DNA from: Raja brachyura
Lineage: Eukaryota
Direction: 5' to 3'
Length of the DNA stretch: 64,000 nucleotides
NCBI GenBank assembly: GCA_963514005.1
Contig: OY740807.1
Coordinates: 34,906,001-34,970,000 of the forward strand
Shown here one piece after another: positions 1-13,734 of the stretch. Numbering within the stretch: the stretch's first letter is position 1; every line of letters begins with the position of its first letter. The translations under genes and the position numbers were made by a program. Under the pieces are notes generated by a model. The model worked only from the letters and a program-made list of their open reading frames with translations. It was not told where the DNA came from and searched no databases.

Positions 1-117
1 TTCCTGCTGCTGAACTCCACCTTGCTCATCTGGGCTTCCTGGCAGGATGCTACTGATAGTTTGCAATAGCTCTTCAATTTGTTCTTCTGTTAGTCTTTCC
101 TCGCTCTCTTCTACCAT
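1..117 (-). CDS. CRCP: CRCP exon 6 (last coding exon, runs off the left edge): MVEESEERLTEEQIEELLQTISSILPGSPDEQGGVQQQE...
   Basis: Acceptor ...tgctccag|ATG GTA GAA. The translation matches the recalled vertebrate CRCP/RPC9 C-terminal region (MVEESEERLTEEQIE). Phase 0, continuous with exon 5. Confidence 0.95.
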   Translation of the reverse strand, partial: MVEESEERLTEEQIEELLQTISSILPGSPDEQGGVQQQE

Positions 118-1876
118 CTGGAGCAGTAGAATATAAAATCTTTGTCAATTAAATTTATTTAATTTTGTTTTATTGGTTGATAGAATGTCAGCTACTTGTT
201 AGGAAGCATCTGCATGCTTTATTTTTCCAAAATCATGAGAGATTTACATCGGGTGAAACCTCTTGCCCAGAGTGGGGGAATCGAGAACCAGCGGATATAG
301 GTTTAAGGTGAGGGGGCGGGGGAGGGAGGGGGTAAGATTTAATAGGGACCTGAGAGGTAATTTTTTCACACAAAGAGTGGTGGGTGTATGGAACAAGCTG
401 CCAGAGAAGATAGTTGATGCTGGTACTATCGCAACTTTTAATTAACATTTAGACAGATACATGGGTAGGGTCGTTTTAGAGGTATCTGGGCCAAATGCAG
501 GCAGGTGGGACCTGTGTAGATGGGACATGAAAACCAGTGTGGGTAAGTGGGGCCAAAGGGCCTATTTCCACGCGAAAAGACCCTATGACTCTCATTGATT
601 GAATTATGATACAGCATGGAAACAGACCCTTCAGGCCACCAACTACACGGCGATCATCCAACACTCGCTCACATTAGTTCTACGTTATCCAATTTTTTCA
701 CGCACTCTACACATTAGGGGCAATGTACAGGGGTCAATTAACTTTCAAACCTGCATACTTTGGGGACTGGGGATAATCAGAGCACTTTTAATTTGTTGCT
801 AATTTTTTTTAGCTCTGATTTTCTGCAGTTTTGAAGGTGACTGATGAGACAAAAATATGTCTAAACTATAATAACTGCAGGATGCTAATCAGAACAATAT
901 CAATATATCAAAAACCAACCCCCCCCCCCCCCCCCCCCACTTTTGAAATTCGAAGATTGACTTGGTTTTATTTGAAAGTACTAAAGGTTAAGTCCGTTTT
1001 CTCCAGGTGTTCCGGTTTCCTCCCACACTCCAAAGGAGTGCAGGTTTGCAGGTGAATTGGCTTTGGTAAAAATTGGAAATTGTCCCGGGTGTGTAGGATA
1101 GTGTTTGTGTACGAGGATCGCTGGTCGGCATGGGCTCGGTGGGCATGTTTTTGCACTGTATCTCTAAACTAAGTTAAATCTAGGCTAAAGGTCAAAGCAA
1201 GCTAATGTCAGTGCACTGGAAAATACTGGAAGGTGATCAAATTTACAGATGGATCCTCTTGGCAAAAAATGGGCACCCTCAGCATCCTGTCAACTTCAGA
1301 GTATGGTGAGAAGATGATAGCAGAGTGCGTGGATGAATTTATGATGCCCAGTGAAGACTGGTCATTCAGGGTCAGGGACCTGTTTCTGCGCAGTACAATC
1401 TGTGGATTATCAAATAGATGAGCATAAATATATTTCATCTGAAAGGGGATAAAAATCAATAATCGAGTTGACAGGAGAGTGAAGGAAAGTGGTTTTAAGA
1501 AACGAACAGAAATCCAATAGTTGTGTGAACCACATGCAAAATTGACTTTTCTTCATAAAATCTATGGGTGGGCTGAAGAATTATGCGTGAGAGGGACTAA
1601 GACATCTATGGTGCATATGAGCTGATGAAGCTGAAAACAGATGTCAGGAGCAAATGTGAAATACACATGGGTGATGGTAGCAAAATAAGCCAAATGAATG
1701 GAATATTTCAATGTGATTTTGAGATAATGGAAAATGGATCTGTGTGGAATGTGTTCAAACTCAAAGCAGGTGCTGGGGAAGAAAATGTGGCTACAACAGT
1801 AATCCTTGACAAATGGACAAAAGTAAGGAAGAAAGATTAACACCGGTGCTGATAAGATAAAAGAGAGATCATGAGA

Positions 1877-2476
1877 GGCGGCACGGTGGCGCAGCGGTTG
1901 AGTTGCTGCCGGACAGCACCAGAGACTCGAGTTTGAACCTGGCTACAGTTGCTGTCTGCATGGAGTTTGTCCGTTCTCCCTGTGACTGTGTTGGTTTTCT
2001 CCGGGTGTTCCGTTTCCACCCACACTCCAAAGATGTACTGGTTTGTCGGTTAATTTGCTTGTAAAGTGTCAATTGTCCCTAATGTGTAGGATAGTGTTGG
2101 TGTACGGGGTGATCGCTGGTCAGCGTGGACTCGGTGGGCCGAAGGACCTGTCTCCGCGCTGTATAATTAGTTTAATCTAAACTAAACTAGAGATGCAGTA
2201 TGGAAACAGGCCCTTCAGCCCACTGAGTCCAAACTGACCACCTGATCACACTAGTTCTATGTTATCCCACTTTCTCATCCGCTCCCTGCACCTTAGGAGT
2301 CATTTTACGGAGAATAATTAACCTACAAATCCACTCATCCTTGGGATTTGGGCACACCCGGAGAAAACCCACGTGGTCACAGGAAGAACATGCAAACTCC
2401 ACACAGTTATCAAGACAGGATCGAACCTGGATCTCTGGTGCTGTGAGCTCTACCAGCTATGCTGCTGTACTGCCCT
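1877..2476. mobile_element. Two HE1/V-SINE-like tRNA-derived SINEs, tail-to-tail (+ 1877-~2188, - ~2188-2476)
   Basis: Head ggcggcacggtggcgcagcgg (A box) and gagtttgaacc (B box); core gttctccc.gtgac; CR1-like 3' end with (taaac)n tail. Confidence 0.8.
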
Positions 2477-3076
2477 ACTTCTATGGAAAAGAATGAAGCA
2501 TCTGGGATTTGTGGCTCATGAGTACATTAATTGATGTATTTATCATGAATTCATGTTCATAAAATTTAGGAGCAGAATTAGGCTATTCGACCCATCAAGT
2601 CTAGTCTACCATTCAATCATGGCGGATCTATCTTTCCCTCTCAACCCCATTCTCTGACACCTGTACCAATCAAGAATCTGTCTATATTTGCATTAAAAAT
2701 ATCCACTGACGGCCTCCACAGCATCTGTGGCTTTGAATTCCATAGATTCACCACCCTCTGACTAAATCTCCTTTGTAAAGATATGTCCTTATATTCTGAG
2801 GTTGTAGCATCTGGTCCCAAACACTCCCACTAATGAGAAATTCCTCCTCATCTCCTTTCTAAAGGCACGTGCTGCTATTGTGTGGCTGTAGCCTCTGGTC
2901 CTAGACTCTCCTACTAGTGGAAAGATCAGCTCCACTTCCACTCTATACAGGCCTTTCACTATTCGCTAGATTACTAGATTCACCAGATTAGCACAGTTTT
3001 AGGAAGACGATGGTGTGCCTTGCTCAGATTGATATGGCTTTGTACTTTTCCAATTTCTTGATGAAATAGAACCTAC

Positions 3077-3134
3077 CAACTGTATCTCCACCGCAGTCAA
3101 TGGTCTATGGTTCAACAACTGAAGCTTTTCTGCC
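3077..3134 (-). CDS. CRCP: CRCP exon 5 (58 nt): (K)AEKLQLLNHRPLTAVEIQL
   Basis: ccttcag|GGCAGAAAAG...ATACAGTTG|gtaggt; near-identical to human AEKLQLLNHRPVTAVEIQL; phase 2 to 0. Confidence 0.96.
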
Positions 3135-6100
3135 CTGAAGGATGAACAACAAAAATCAGTATTATGACAGAACTTACTCAGATTTTTAATAGTTCAAATA
3201 CTTCAATATTTAAATATAAAACAAAGAAGCCTTCATATTTCTTGTGAAGCAGATTCCTCAAAAATGTCTTGCTGGGAACTAGCTAGGGCGTATGTGGATA
3301 ATGTTAAAAGCATCTTCACGCTCAATAATCACATCAACATGACTCATTTTAAAAACTATACATGCACTTTCTTTCTGAAGCTGGATGAACATGTATCCCA
3401 TATATATCTTTACACACATGTATGTTATCTGTGAAATTATTTTGGTCACAAATTAAAAAGTGAAGAGCGGAAGAGTTCAAGAACTAAAGATGTTTTACAC
3501 ATAGATATGTGCAGAATTATATGGTGGAACAAGACAGTTATTCGAATGGGGAGAATTGCCCAGCTATGTCTCCTGTTCACAAAAAAAAATGGTCAAAACC
3601 AATCTGGCTAATTAATAGATTCACAAGGAACTGAAGATGCTGGAATCTTGCACAAAACACACAGGCTGGAGTAAACTCCGCGGGCCAGGCAGCATCTGTG
3701 GAGAGGAATAGTTTGGGAAAGTTTTGGGTCCGGATCCTTCTTCTGACCAATGGTTCCATTCCCTCCTTTTCACAGCTTTCCACAGTACTTCTTAACCTAA
3801 ACTTAAACCCTAAAACAGTACAAAACACAGAGTACTGGAGGATCTCAGCAGGTCAGACAGCATCTGAAATATTACAATATTCTGAATGCAAAATATTAAA
3901 TTCAATTTAACCAAATTAAAGAAAAACAGAACCCCCATATTACCTTCTCATTACCGCAATAAAACCTCCTCAAAATACCAATTTTATTACATGTGCTAAG
4001 ATTATCAGTTGGACACGCCAGTGTGGTACTGATTCTACTCTTTAAGGGTTAACATTTACATTAGATTTTACAGGTGCTTTCATTGGAGAAACAAGACTAA
4101 TGTTATGCAATTCTGATGTTATTACCTATCACCGTCTTACCTGGGTAAGAAGTTGATAGGTAATAAAATGGGGTAAAGGTTTAAGGACGAGTAGTTTATC
4201 AGGATGCTGCATGGATTCGGGGTTATTAGCTAGATGAGGAGGCTGGATGAATTTGGATTGTTAACTCTGGAACGCTGGACTTCTATCAGGGTAGACCTGA
4301 TATAAGTATATACATTTATGAGAGGGTAGTAAAAACATAAAGCGACTAGAGGGCACAGCTTTAAGGTGAGAGTGCAAAGTTTAAAGGAAAAGTGTGGGGA
4401 ATGTTTTTTTTATGCAGAAGGTGATGGGTGCCTGGAACGTGCCACTTGGGATGGTCATGGAAGCAGAGACGATAATGGCATTTCTTAGATAGGCACATGG
4501 ATATGCTGGGATTGGTGAGGTATGGATCATGTATAGGTAGATGAGATTAGTTTATCTTGGCATTATGTTCGGCACAGACATTGTGGGCAGAGGGGCCTGT
4601 TCCTCTGCCGTACTTTTCTATGTTCTATAACACAGAAAACACAGAAAACAGGTGCAGGAGTAGGCCATTCGGCCCTTCAAGACAGCACCACCATTCAATT
4701 TGATCATGGCTGATCATCCAAAATCAGTACCGCATTTCTGCTATTTCCCTATATCCCTTGATTCCATTAGCCCTGCGAGCTATATCTAACTCTCTCTTGA
4801 AAACATCCAGTGGATTGACCTCCACTGCCTTCTATGGCAGAGAATTCCACAGATTCACAATTCTCTGGGTGAAAATGTTTTTCTTCATCTCAGCCTACCC
4901 CTTATTCGTAATCTGTGACCCCTGGTTCTGGACTCCCCCAACATCGGGAAATTTTTTCCTGCACCTAGCCTGTCCAATCCCTTAATAATTTTATATGTTT
5001 CCTCCCAACATCGGGGGAGTCATGTTCTAATGACATCTATCCAAATAAGTTTCTGTGAGTTATGGCTGTTTGGGTTACAGAAAATCCCCCTTATAGAATT
5101 CACAAATCACAACTCCCAAAAGGATAAGATACAAAATAAAATTTGATCTCATGTGAATTTATGTGAAATCAAAAGTAAGTCAATCAATACAAAATTTCTT
5201 ATTTTTTAACTCTTATTTCTTGACCCCTGCATTATGGAAGAATTGTAAAACGGGCCTTCTTCTAAGAATACCAGACCCGTGTCACGTGAGCTTACCTGTA
5301 CTTTGGATAATTCATAGGACGACTTGGAAGAATCTGGGCTGGTTTTGTGTGCCTCAGCATTGCAAGAGGCACAGCTGAATTGCATTAATTAAGAGTTAAT
5401 AGCAGTCACAGACAACCCGAAATTTAAAGCCTTCCACATCATTCAGCTGCTGCAATGTTCAGCTGCAAGTCATCAGTATTCAGTAAATTATAGCCCCAGC
5501 CCTTACGGGGCCTTGCTGACACTGTGAAAACAATTTCAGCAAATCGTGCAACTTTACTGTGATTCAAATGGTCGGTATAAATGAATCATTATTAAAATTG
5601 CTGCCAAAAGTGTCTGAAACTGGTCTGCCTATCTCTGCTATTATCAAGCAACAATAAAGACAGTGTACAATTGAAGTACGGGAGGCAGAACATTCGGCAT
5701 AAGCAGAGACGATTCAGATTCAGCTGGCAAATGACGTGTTAGTCAAGCATGTCGCCATGTGGCAGTTCTTACTCAGAAAAAACCCCACAACAAATACTTT
5801 GTGCCTTTTGTCAAAATATCTCCTTGCTCCTTATGACTATAATTTGAACAGTTCTTTTAGAGGTTTGTTACGATGTCAACATTTCAGTGACACTTAACTT
5901 TCTGCAACTCTTGCTGAAATTATAATTTCTGGTGCCTGAGTTAACATTTTGTTTCCTCATGGTTCACTAATTAAATTTACATATCTATATGTACACTTTA
6001 AAGGGGGTCTACAGTATATTAAAGCATTGTTTCATGTAAGGATAGTAAATGGTGGACAGGAAGTTTACTGAAATTTCACAATAAAAGACTCAATGTACTC

Positions 6101-7279
6101 TGTTCACATATGCCAATCCCCTGTTATTTTTAACATTGCATACTGTACATCATAATCCACAGTTCAATATGGCACACTTTCAGAATGTCATACTTGCATT
6201 TTGCAGGGACTGAAGGTTAACTACTGCAGTGTAACCAAGTTGCATAATCACCCGTTGGTACAGGGTTCAACTGCACACAGGAGACATCACAGATCACATT
6301 TGGCTTAAAGAACCTCAAAACGATTTTCAATTTGCATTGCAATACATGATCATAGATAGAGTCAGTCATAGTGCACAGAAACGGGCCCTTCGGCCTAACT
6401 TTCCCACGTCGACCAAGATGCCCCATCTACACTATTCCCACCTGCCCGCAATTGGCGCATATCCCTCCAAACCTTGCCCATCCATGTACCGTCCAAATGT
6501 ACCTATCTCAACGGCCTCCTCTGGCAGCTCGTTCCATGTACTCATCACCCTCTGTGTGAAACAATTGCCCCTCAAGTTTTTAGTAAATATTTTCCCTCTC
6601 ACCATGTTAACATGCTCTTGATTCCCCTTCTCTGGGCAAGAGACTCTGTGCATCTATCCTATTTATTTCACTCACGATCTTATACACCTCTATAAGGTCA
6701 TCCATCAACCTCCTGCATTCCAAAGAATAGTCCTAGCTTGCCCAACCTCTCCCTATAGCTCAGGGCCTCAAGTCCTGGCAACTTTCTCGTCAACGTCACA
6801 CCCTGGCAACATCCTTCCAACGTTCTTAATAGAATGCTAAATGAAGACAGAGATCTAATCGTGTGATTTAAGGAGAAGATAAAATGTCAATATTTTTCAA
6901 ACTATTTTTATCGTAAAATTATTTCAGGCAGGACTAGTGTATGAAGAGTTTATAGGAATTTGTAACTTTTTTTTCCAGCCCCCTTCTTTCACAGGGGTTC
7001 ATGGAGGCTGTCACACGGCATCTGTCACCGACTGTGATTGTTAAGTGACAATTGAAAATAATGGGTTGTTGATTTGGAAAAACACCAGAACTAGCACTTA
7101 GTGGATGATGTGAGTCAGGCCATGAAATCATCATACTCTACCTTTCTTTTATGCCACCACAAACTCACACAATTGCCCCCTGATTCGAAACAATTTCCCA
7201 ATTTCCCTCCTGGGATAAATAAAGTTGTATCGTATCGTTAAGCCTTCTCTGACATTCATAAATATCAATCTGATGTTTT

Positions 7280-7780
7280 ATCTCACTACAGTTTCCAGCC
7301 GTGTCACTATACTTCGATCGGCAACGCAAACGCCCAGGAACAAAGGAGAGTGGTGGACACCGTCTGGTCCATCATGGGTCCCGATTTTCCCCACCGTCGA
7401 AGGGTTCTACACGAGATCCTGTCTCAGAAAAGCAGCCGAGACCTTCAAAGACCCACATCACCCTGGCCATGCTCTCATTTTGCTCCTACCATCGGGAAGA
7501 GGTACAGGAGCCTGAAAACCGTGACCACCAGGTTCAAGAACAGCATCTTCCCAACAACCATCAATCAGACTCTTGAACACTTTACAACAGAAACAACTGC
7601 AAATATGAATTTCTATGGACTGTATTTGATTGCACTGAAGACTGAAGTCTAGTAATAGGGCTATTAATGTATTGAATTTTTGAAGAAATTTATATTATCT
7701 ATGTGCAATGTAGTTACAAACCTGTTAAGTTGCTGCAAGTAATAATTTAATTGTTCCGTTTCGATACATAAGACAATTGT
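7280..7780 (+). mobile_element. Rex1/Babar-like LINE 3' fragment (others at ~25040-25560 +, 22610-22930 -, 42830-42990 -, 62700-63055 +)
   Basis: KDPHHPGH..LLPSGRRYRSL..TTRFKNS motif, also present in the 57590-58812 copy. Confidence 0.75.
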
Positions 7781-9429
7781 CATGATATTAAAATGATTGA
7801 ATAATTACCTTTTTGCTAGCAGACTAAACCAATCCATGTAATTTTCATAATCAATCAGTGGATTTGACACACTAACAATAGATACATTTATATGGTTTGA
7901 CTTTCCATCAAAATATCTCAAGCATTTCACACAATAAATAACTTTTGAAGTGCGGTGACTATTGTTACTTGTTTATGTTTGGCAGCCATTCTGATATCCG
8001 CCGGTCAAAAAACATGAAGATTACTTAAGCTCCATTTCGGGTGATTAATGTGCTTGTGCCTTGCATTCCAAATTGCACTTCACAACACATGAAAGACCCA
8101 AATCTGGCGTGAAGTCACACAGGCGGAAAAAAAACCTAAATCATTGTAGATGTATTCACAATTGTCAACATTCCTTTTAAACTTCGATCCAATGTGCTTC
8201 AACTGTGGCGATGGGCATCTTTACTTTACACAGCTTATTTATTTTTTGTGATATAATAAAATTGCTTCCTTATTTCTTTTAAATAGTCGTTTGTAATTGA
8301 CATTCTTGGCACTTTCAAATCAGATAAGCGCAATTGTGGAATGGTTCCAGCAAATGCAAAATAAAGCACAAATTGTGGTCATATTCCCATTTCAGATTGT
8401 TTATGTCAATTGGCTGCGATTTACTAAATTTGGGTTTCTCATCTAACGTTATGTAAATTGATTACTTTTAGAAACAGATCATTTAATTTAGGCCAAGATA
8501 TGTTATGGCGCACACAGTAATACATTTATGTTCCAGCCTTTATTTGATGGACTAAACAAAAAGGTGAAAATGTAAATTAAACTTTGATTCATTCAGGTAA
8601 TCGTATTTAGGCATTCCCTTTCTGGAAGGTTTCTGGCCATTTTTTAAATGCTATTGCCTGATTTAGGTCATAAGTCATAAGGTCATGTGATAGGAGCAGA
8701 ATTAGGTCATTCGGCCCATCAAGTCTATTCTGTCATTCAATCATGGCTGATCTATTTCTCCCTCCTAACCCTATTCTCCTGCCATCTCCCCATAAACCCT
8801 GACACCCGTACTAATCCAGTTTGTTTAAGTTGATTAAAGTTGTTTGAATTTTTTTCCCCCATGGAAATGATGTCCAAACTCTTAAATTCACAACAGTTGT
8901 TATGAATGGGCTTTATTCCAGTTGAGTGTCAAAAATAACTCGGTTAACATTCGAGTTTGCAGGGAACGCTTGGAGTAATATGGACCAGGACCAGGAACAG
9001 GCAAATGGGATCAACAAGGTCAGATAACTTGATCGGCATGGACGAACTGAGCCAACGGGCCTGTTTCTATGCTGTTTAACTCCATGACTCAATGCGCTCA
9101 TGTTATTTCTTCCAGAAGGTACAAAGCAAGTTCACAAGTTCTAGGAGTAGAATTCGGCCATTCGGCCCATTGAGTCTATGCTGCCATTCAATCATGGCTG
9201 ATCTCTGCCTCCTAATCCAATTTTCCTGCCTTCTACCCATAACCCTTGACACCCATTCTAATCAGGAATCTGCCTTAAAACTATCCACTGACTTGGCCTC
9301 CACGACCCTCTGCAGCAATGAGTTCCACAGCTTCAGAAGGACAGCTCAATAACATCTTCATAGCGAGACTATTGAGGATCTACAAATCCTTATATGCCAG
9401 TCTATATGACTGAAAGGGCATACATAAAC

Positions 9430-10900
9430 ACAACCTCCAATAAATACTTGCCCTTCATCTCAGGGGTTTCCGACGATGAGAAGAGTCTGACCAGCCACTG
9501 ACTCGGGATGAGTTGACAACTTCCATCCATTTCCTTGAGATAAATAATACCAAGGAAGTGATAGTTTATTGATCAAGATGTAGTTGGCTCTGTCGGTTGG
9601 CATGGGCTTTGACCTGCTGAAAGTGTGGAGAGCTAAGCCTCTAGCTGAGGGAGTGTTCAAAACCAGGAGGGTGAGCATCATTATCGTTATCTACAAGCAG
9701 AATGGAGAGGAAGGACATCGGAAACTGACCCATCTTATTTTTGAATGGGAATTACACGATTCTATCCAAAGTCATCGCCGATCGAGTCAGGTTTGTTATG
9801 GAGTAGGCCATTCATCCAGACCAGAACTGCTTTGCACTCGACAAAGAAACCCCTGACAGTAACTCAGCGGGACAGGCAGCATCTCTGGAGCATAGAAATA
9901 GGCAGCGTTTCATCCGAGACCCGTCATCCGTTCCTTCCCTCCAGAGATGCTGCCTGACCAGCTGAGCTACTCCGGCAATTTTGTGCCTATCTTCGGTGTA
10001 AGCCAGCATCTGCAGTTTCTTCTTACACAAACCTCTGTCAGATTTGCGTTGTTCGGGGATACTATTGTGCATGTGTGGGACAGATGTTGGCCATATCTGG
10101 CCAGTTTGGATCAGGAAGAGCCTTTGACAAAACCTGGACATGTTCTACAAAATAAAAGTTGGGGAAGGAATTAGCAATCAGATCCAACTGCTTTACGCAG
10201 ACATCAGTAATACCTTCCAAATTAACAGGCAGGGAATATCTAATCGGGAGTCAGGCAACACTGCCCACTCTCCTGTGTATTGTTTGTGTTTTAGCTTTTT
10301 AGTTTGGAGGTACAGAGAGGAAACAAGCCCTTAGCGCCACCGGACCCATGCTGACCATCTATAACGCATAAACTAGTTCTACGTTATCCCACGTTCGCAT
10401 CCTACACACCAGGGGAAATTTACAAAAGCCAATTAGCCTGCAAATCTGCACATTTTTGGAACGTGGCAGGAAACTGGAGCGCCCGGAGAAAACCCACGTG
10501 GTCATGGGGAGAACGTACAAACTCCATACAGACAGCAGCTGCAGTCTGGATTGAACCCGGGTCTCTGACGCTGTAAGGGAGCAGCTCTACCGCTGCGCCA
10601 CTGTGCATAACTATGCCCATTGTGTAATCCATCAGCAAGAACATGGATATAAAAGATGACAATGCCAGGCAGTGCAGGGTGCTCAGGTCAAAGTGTTTCT
10701 TACGTGGAACATGTCAAAGTCTTTTCCAAAGACCCACAATATCTACGAGGGTATCAACTGGTTTTAAGGGGATCAAAGTCGACAGCAGCAAGCACGAACA
10801 AGCACGTTCTCTTTGGCTCCGGAGTCTCCAACCAATCTCTTCACGTTCAGGTGCATCTACCTGAAGAAGCTGCTAATCTAGTTTGGAGAATCCAAGACGG
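9430..10900 (+). mobile_element. Decayed Tx1/L1-clade LINE ORF2 remnant, split by a Penelope-derived hairpin and a SINE
   Basis: Fragments IIIVIYKQNGE, FGDTIVHV...SLDQEEP and MPGS..QVKV resemble Tx1 RT motifs (ITLIYK, LRDTI..SLDQEKAFD). Confidence 0.6.
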
Positions 10901-11894
10901 ATAGCAACAATTGACCAGAGCAGATAACGACACTTAAAGCAACTAGGACTTCAAAGATGGCGTAAAAACCTGGCGATTCTTGTATATTATCTCAGTGGAC
11001 TATTTCTTTACACTTTGTACATAATCTAGGATTGTGCATATGTATAGTAATACTCTGCTGAACTGTATGGAAAAAACAAAAGTACTTCACTGCACTTCGG
11101 TACATGTGACAATAAAGAACCATGATTGAATGGCAGAGTGGACTTGATGGGCTGAATGGCCTAATTCTACTCCTATTCCTTATGACCTTATGGCCATTAA
11201 ACTATGGAGTGAAGGCGAGGCAGAAGTCAGAGAGTTTACCCCTGGATGTAAGAAATTCAATTCATTCTCGGTGCAGGGATATCACTGGCAAGACTGCCAT
11301 TTATTATTCACCCTTTGAAAGGTCCAGAGGTGAAGTCTGACCTGCTGAGTTACTCTAGCTTTTTGTGTCTATCTTTGAAAGATGAGTCTTGGTATGAAAT
11401 ACTTTTCATGTTAATGAATGGCTGTTACGCCACATCACAGACAAACTCATTGCTATGAACTGAAGTAATATATAGGCCAGCCCGGATAAAGGTTCCTTTC
11501 CAAATGAAACATGTGATGATCTGGTAGATTCATTTAATTTTTAGAGACAACAGGAATTTAGTTGAAAATTGAAAGAAATTAATTCAGGATTCAAACCTCT
11601 CTTCAGCAACTTTTCTCCAAGTAACTTTCCATGATTTAAGAGGGTGGGCCAACTGCCAAAAGGTAACTTTACACACTGCAAGCAAGATGACACCTCAGCA
11701 AACCAGACAAGCATTGGGACAAAGAAATTCCATCCCTGCAATACTTTTGTTCCTGTGAAATTCTCTGGCTCAGGTACAAATCTTTGATTTAAAATGTCAT
11801 GCGTTCAAATCTTGAGTTACTTAAGCAGCTCTTTTTTATAAAGAACACTTGCCACCTCCTCGGTGGCTCCCACTATCCCTCAACTCTCATGGAG

Positions 11895-12430
11895 TTATAG
11901 AGTGTTACAGTGTGGAAACAGGCCCTTCGGTCCAACATGTCCCAGCTACACTAGTCCCACCTGCTCGCACTTGGTCCATATCCCTCCAAACTTGTCCTAT
12001 CCATGGACCAGCTTGTTTCTTAAACATTGGGATAGTTCCAGCCCCAACTACCTCCTCTGGCAGCTCGTTCCATACACCCACCACCGCTTGTGTGAAAAAG
12101 TTACCCCTCAAATTCCTATTAAATCTTTTCGCCTTCATCTTGAACCTATGCCCTCTGGTCCTCTACTCCCCTACTGTGGGCAAGATTCGGGGCAAGACAT
12201 CTACCCGATCTATTCCTCTCATGATTTTATACACCTCTATAAGATCACCCCTCATTCTCCTGCGCTCCAAGGAATAGAGACCCAGCCTACTCAAACTCTT
12301 TCTCCAGATCTTTCCTATAACATGGTGCCCAGAACTGAACACAATACTCTAAATGCAGTCTCACCAACGTCTTATACAACTGCAACACGACAACCAAACT
12401 TCACTACTCTGACTGATGAAGGCTAATGTG
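11895..12430 (-). mobile_element. CR1 3' fragment (similar short fragments at ~262-600, 2550-2970, 4150-5000, 6350-6790, 18420-18850, 24350-24680, 26915-27365, 32010-32335, 42140-42460, 55420-55890)
   Basis: RGNFFTQ..VGVWNELP motif in ORF 11905..12138 and related ORFs. Confidence 0.8.
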
Positions 12431-13734
12431 CCAAAACATTGCCAAACATCTCTCAGTGGGGCTTTTGGAAGAGATATGAAACCATGAAATGTATAAAAGG
12501 GCTCAAACCACCACTTTAAGAAGAATGCCGTTGGCTTCTTGGCAATATTTGTTGCAAAAACAACATCACAAAACAGATATCATACAAGAATCTGCAGACA
12601 CTGGCATCTTGAGCAAAACGCAAAGTGCTGAAGGAACTCAGCGGGTCAGGCAGCATCTATGCAGAGAATGGACAGATGATGCTTCGGATCAGGACACTTC
12701 TTCAGTATTTTGCTCAAGATATCACTATTAGTGGAATCATGCTATATATACATTGGGCAATATTTTCTCCAAGATCTTCGGTTTCCTCCCACACTCCAAA
12801 GACGTACAGGTCTATAGGCTAATTGGCTTGGTGTGCGTGTAAATTGTCCCTAGTGTGTGTAGGATAGTGTTAATGTGCGGGGATCGCTGGTCAGTGTGGA
12901 CTCGGTGGGCCGAAGGGCCTGTTTCCACGCTGTTCTCTACACATCAAAAGTAGTTCAAAGGCAGCAGAACGCTTTGAGATGAACAAGATGCATTTGCCTA
13001 TGCTTCCTTGAAAAGGGATCCAACAGAAATGTATTATTATCTTGAGTTTGAAATAAAATTATCCCATGTACTTTAAAATACTATCTCGGCAGAGACACTC
13101 GCACATAATTGAACGAAAATAGATGCTTATTCAAAGAAGATGTCTTCAATCTATTTCATATTTGCATATAAATTAATATTCCTAAGGGAGGGAGGAAAAG
13201 CACTAAAATGGCAGCTGGAAACTAAAGACTGGAAGACATGCAAGGTCTAAATTATAACCAGCTGTTTATCCTGATATCTTTTCAATAATGGCGCTGTAAC
13301 ATGTAAACAATTAGATTGATTCTTTTGGTGAGAATATCCAACTAGTTTTATTTATATTACGCAGTTGTTAGCTAACTAAGTTTTCTAAATCATGCAATTT
13401 TAATACATTTGAATGTACAAGAACATCCATTTTCTCTTCTTTTTCAATTAAGTTTCTCCTTTCCTCTCCCCAGAAAGCTTTAAAGTCCATACTGAGTTAC
13501 AGTTTTATACGAAGCACCTTCTGTTATTTTAATGTAGAAACAAGGAACTGCAGGTTTTCAAAAGAAGATACAAAGTGCTGGAGTAACTCAGCGGGTCAGG
13601 CTGCATCGCTGGATAATATGGATAGAGGACGTTTTGGGTCAAGACCCTTCTTCAGATCGACTGCAAGGGGGTGTGGGGAGAGAGCCGGAAGAGTTTTTGT
13701 GAAAGTTTTCACTTTTTAAAATCCAGCTTTTTTA

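Noticed and set aside
1208-1459. 83-aa minus-strand ORF preceded by an acceptor-like tttcag, a possible alternative CRCP terminal exon
   Set aside because: No similarity to CRCP, the true exon 6 is at 1-117, and the region looks like decayed LINE or neutral intron.
1877-1945. tRNA gene suggested by A/B boxes
   Set aside because: It is the tRNA-derived head of a SINE repeated many times in the window, with no complete cloverleaf.
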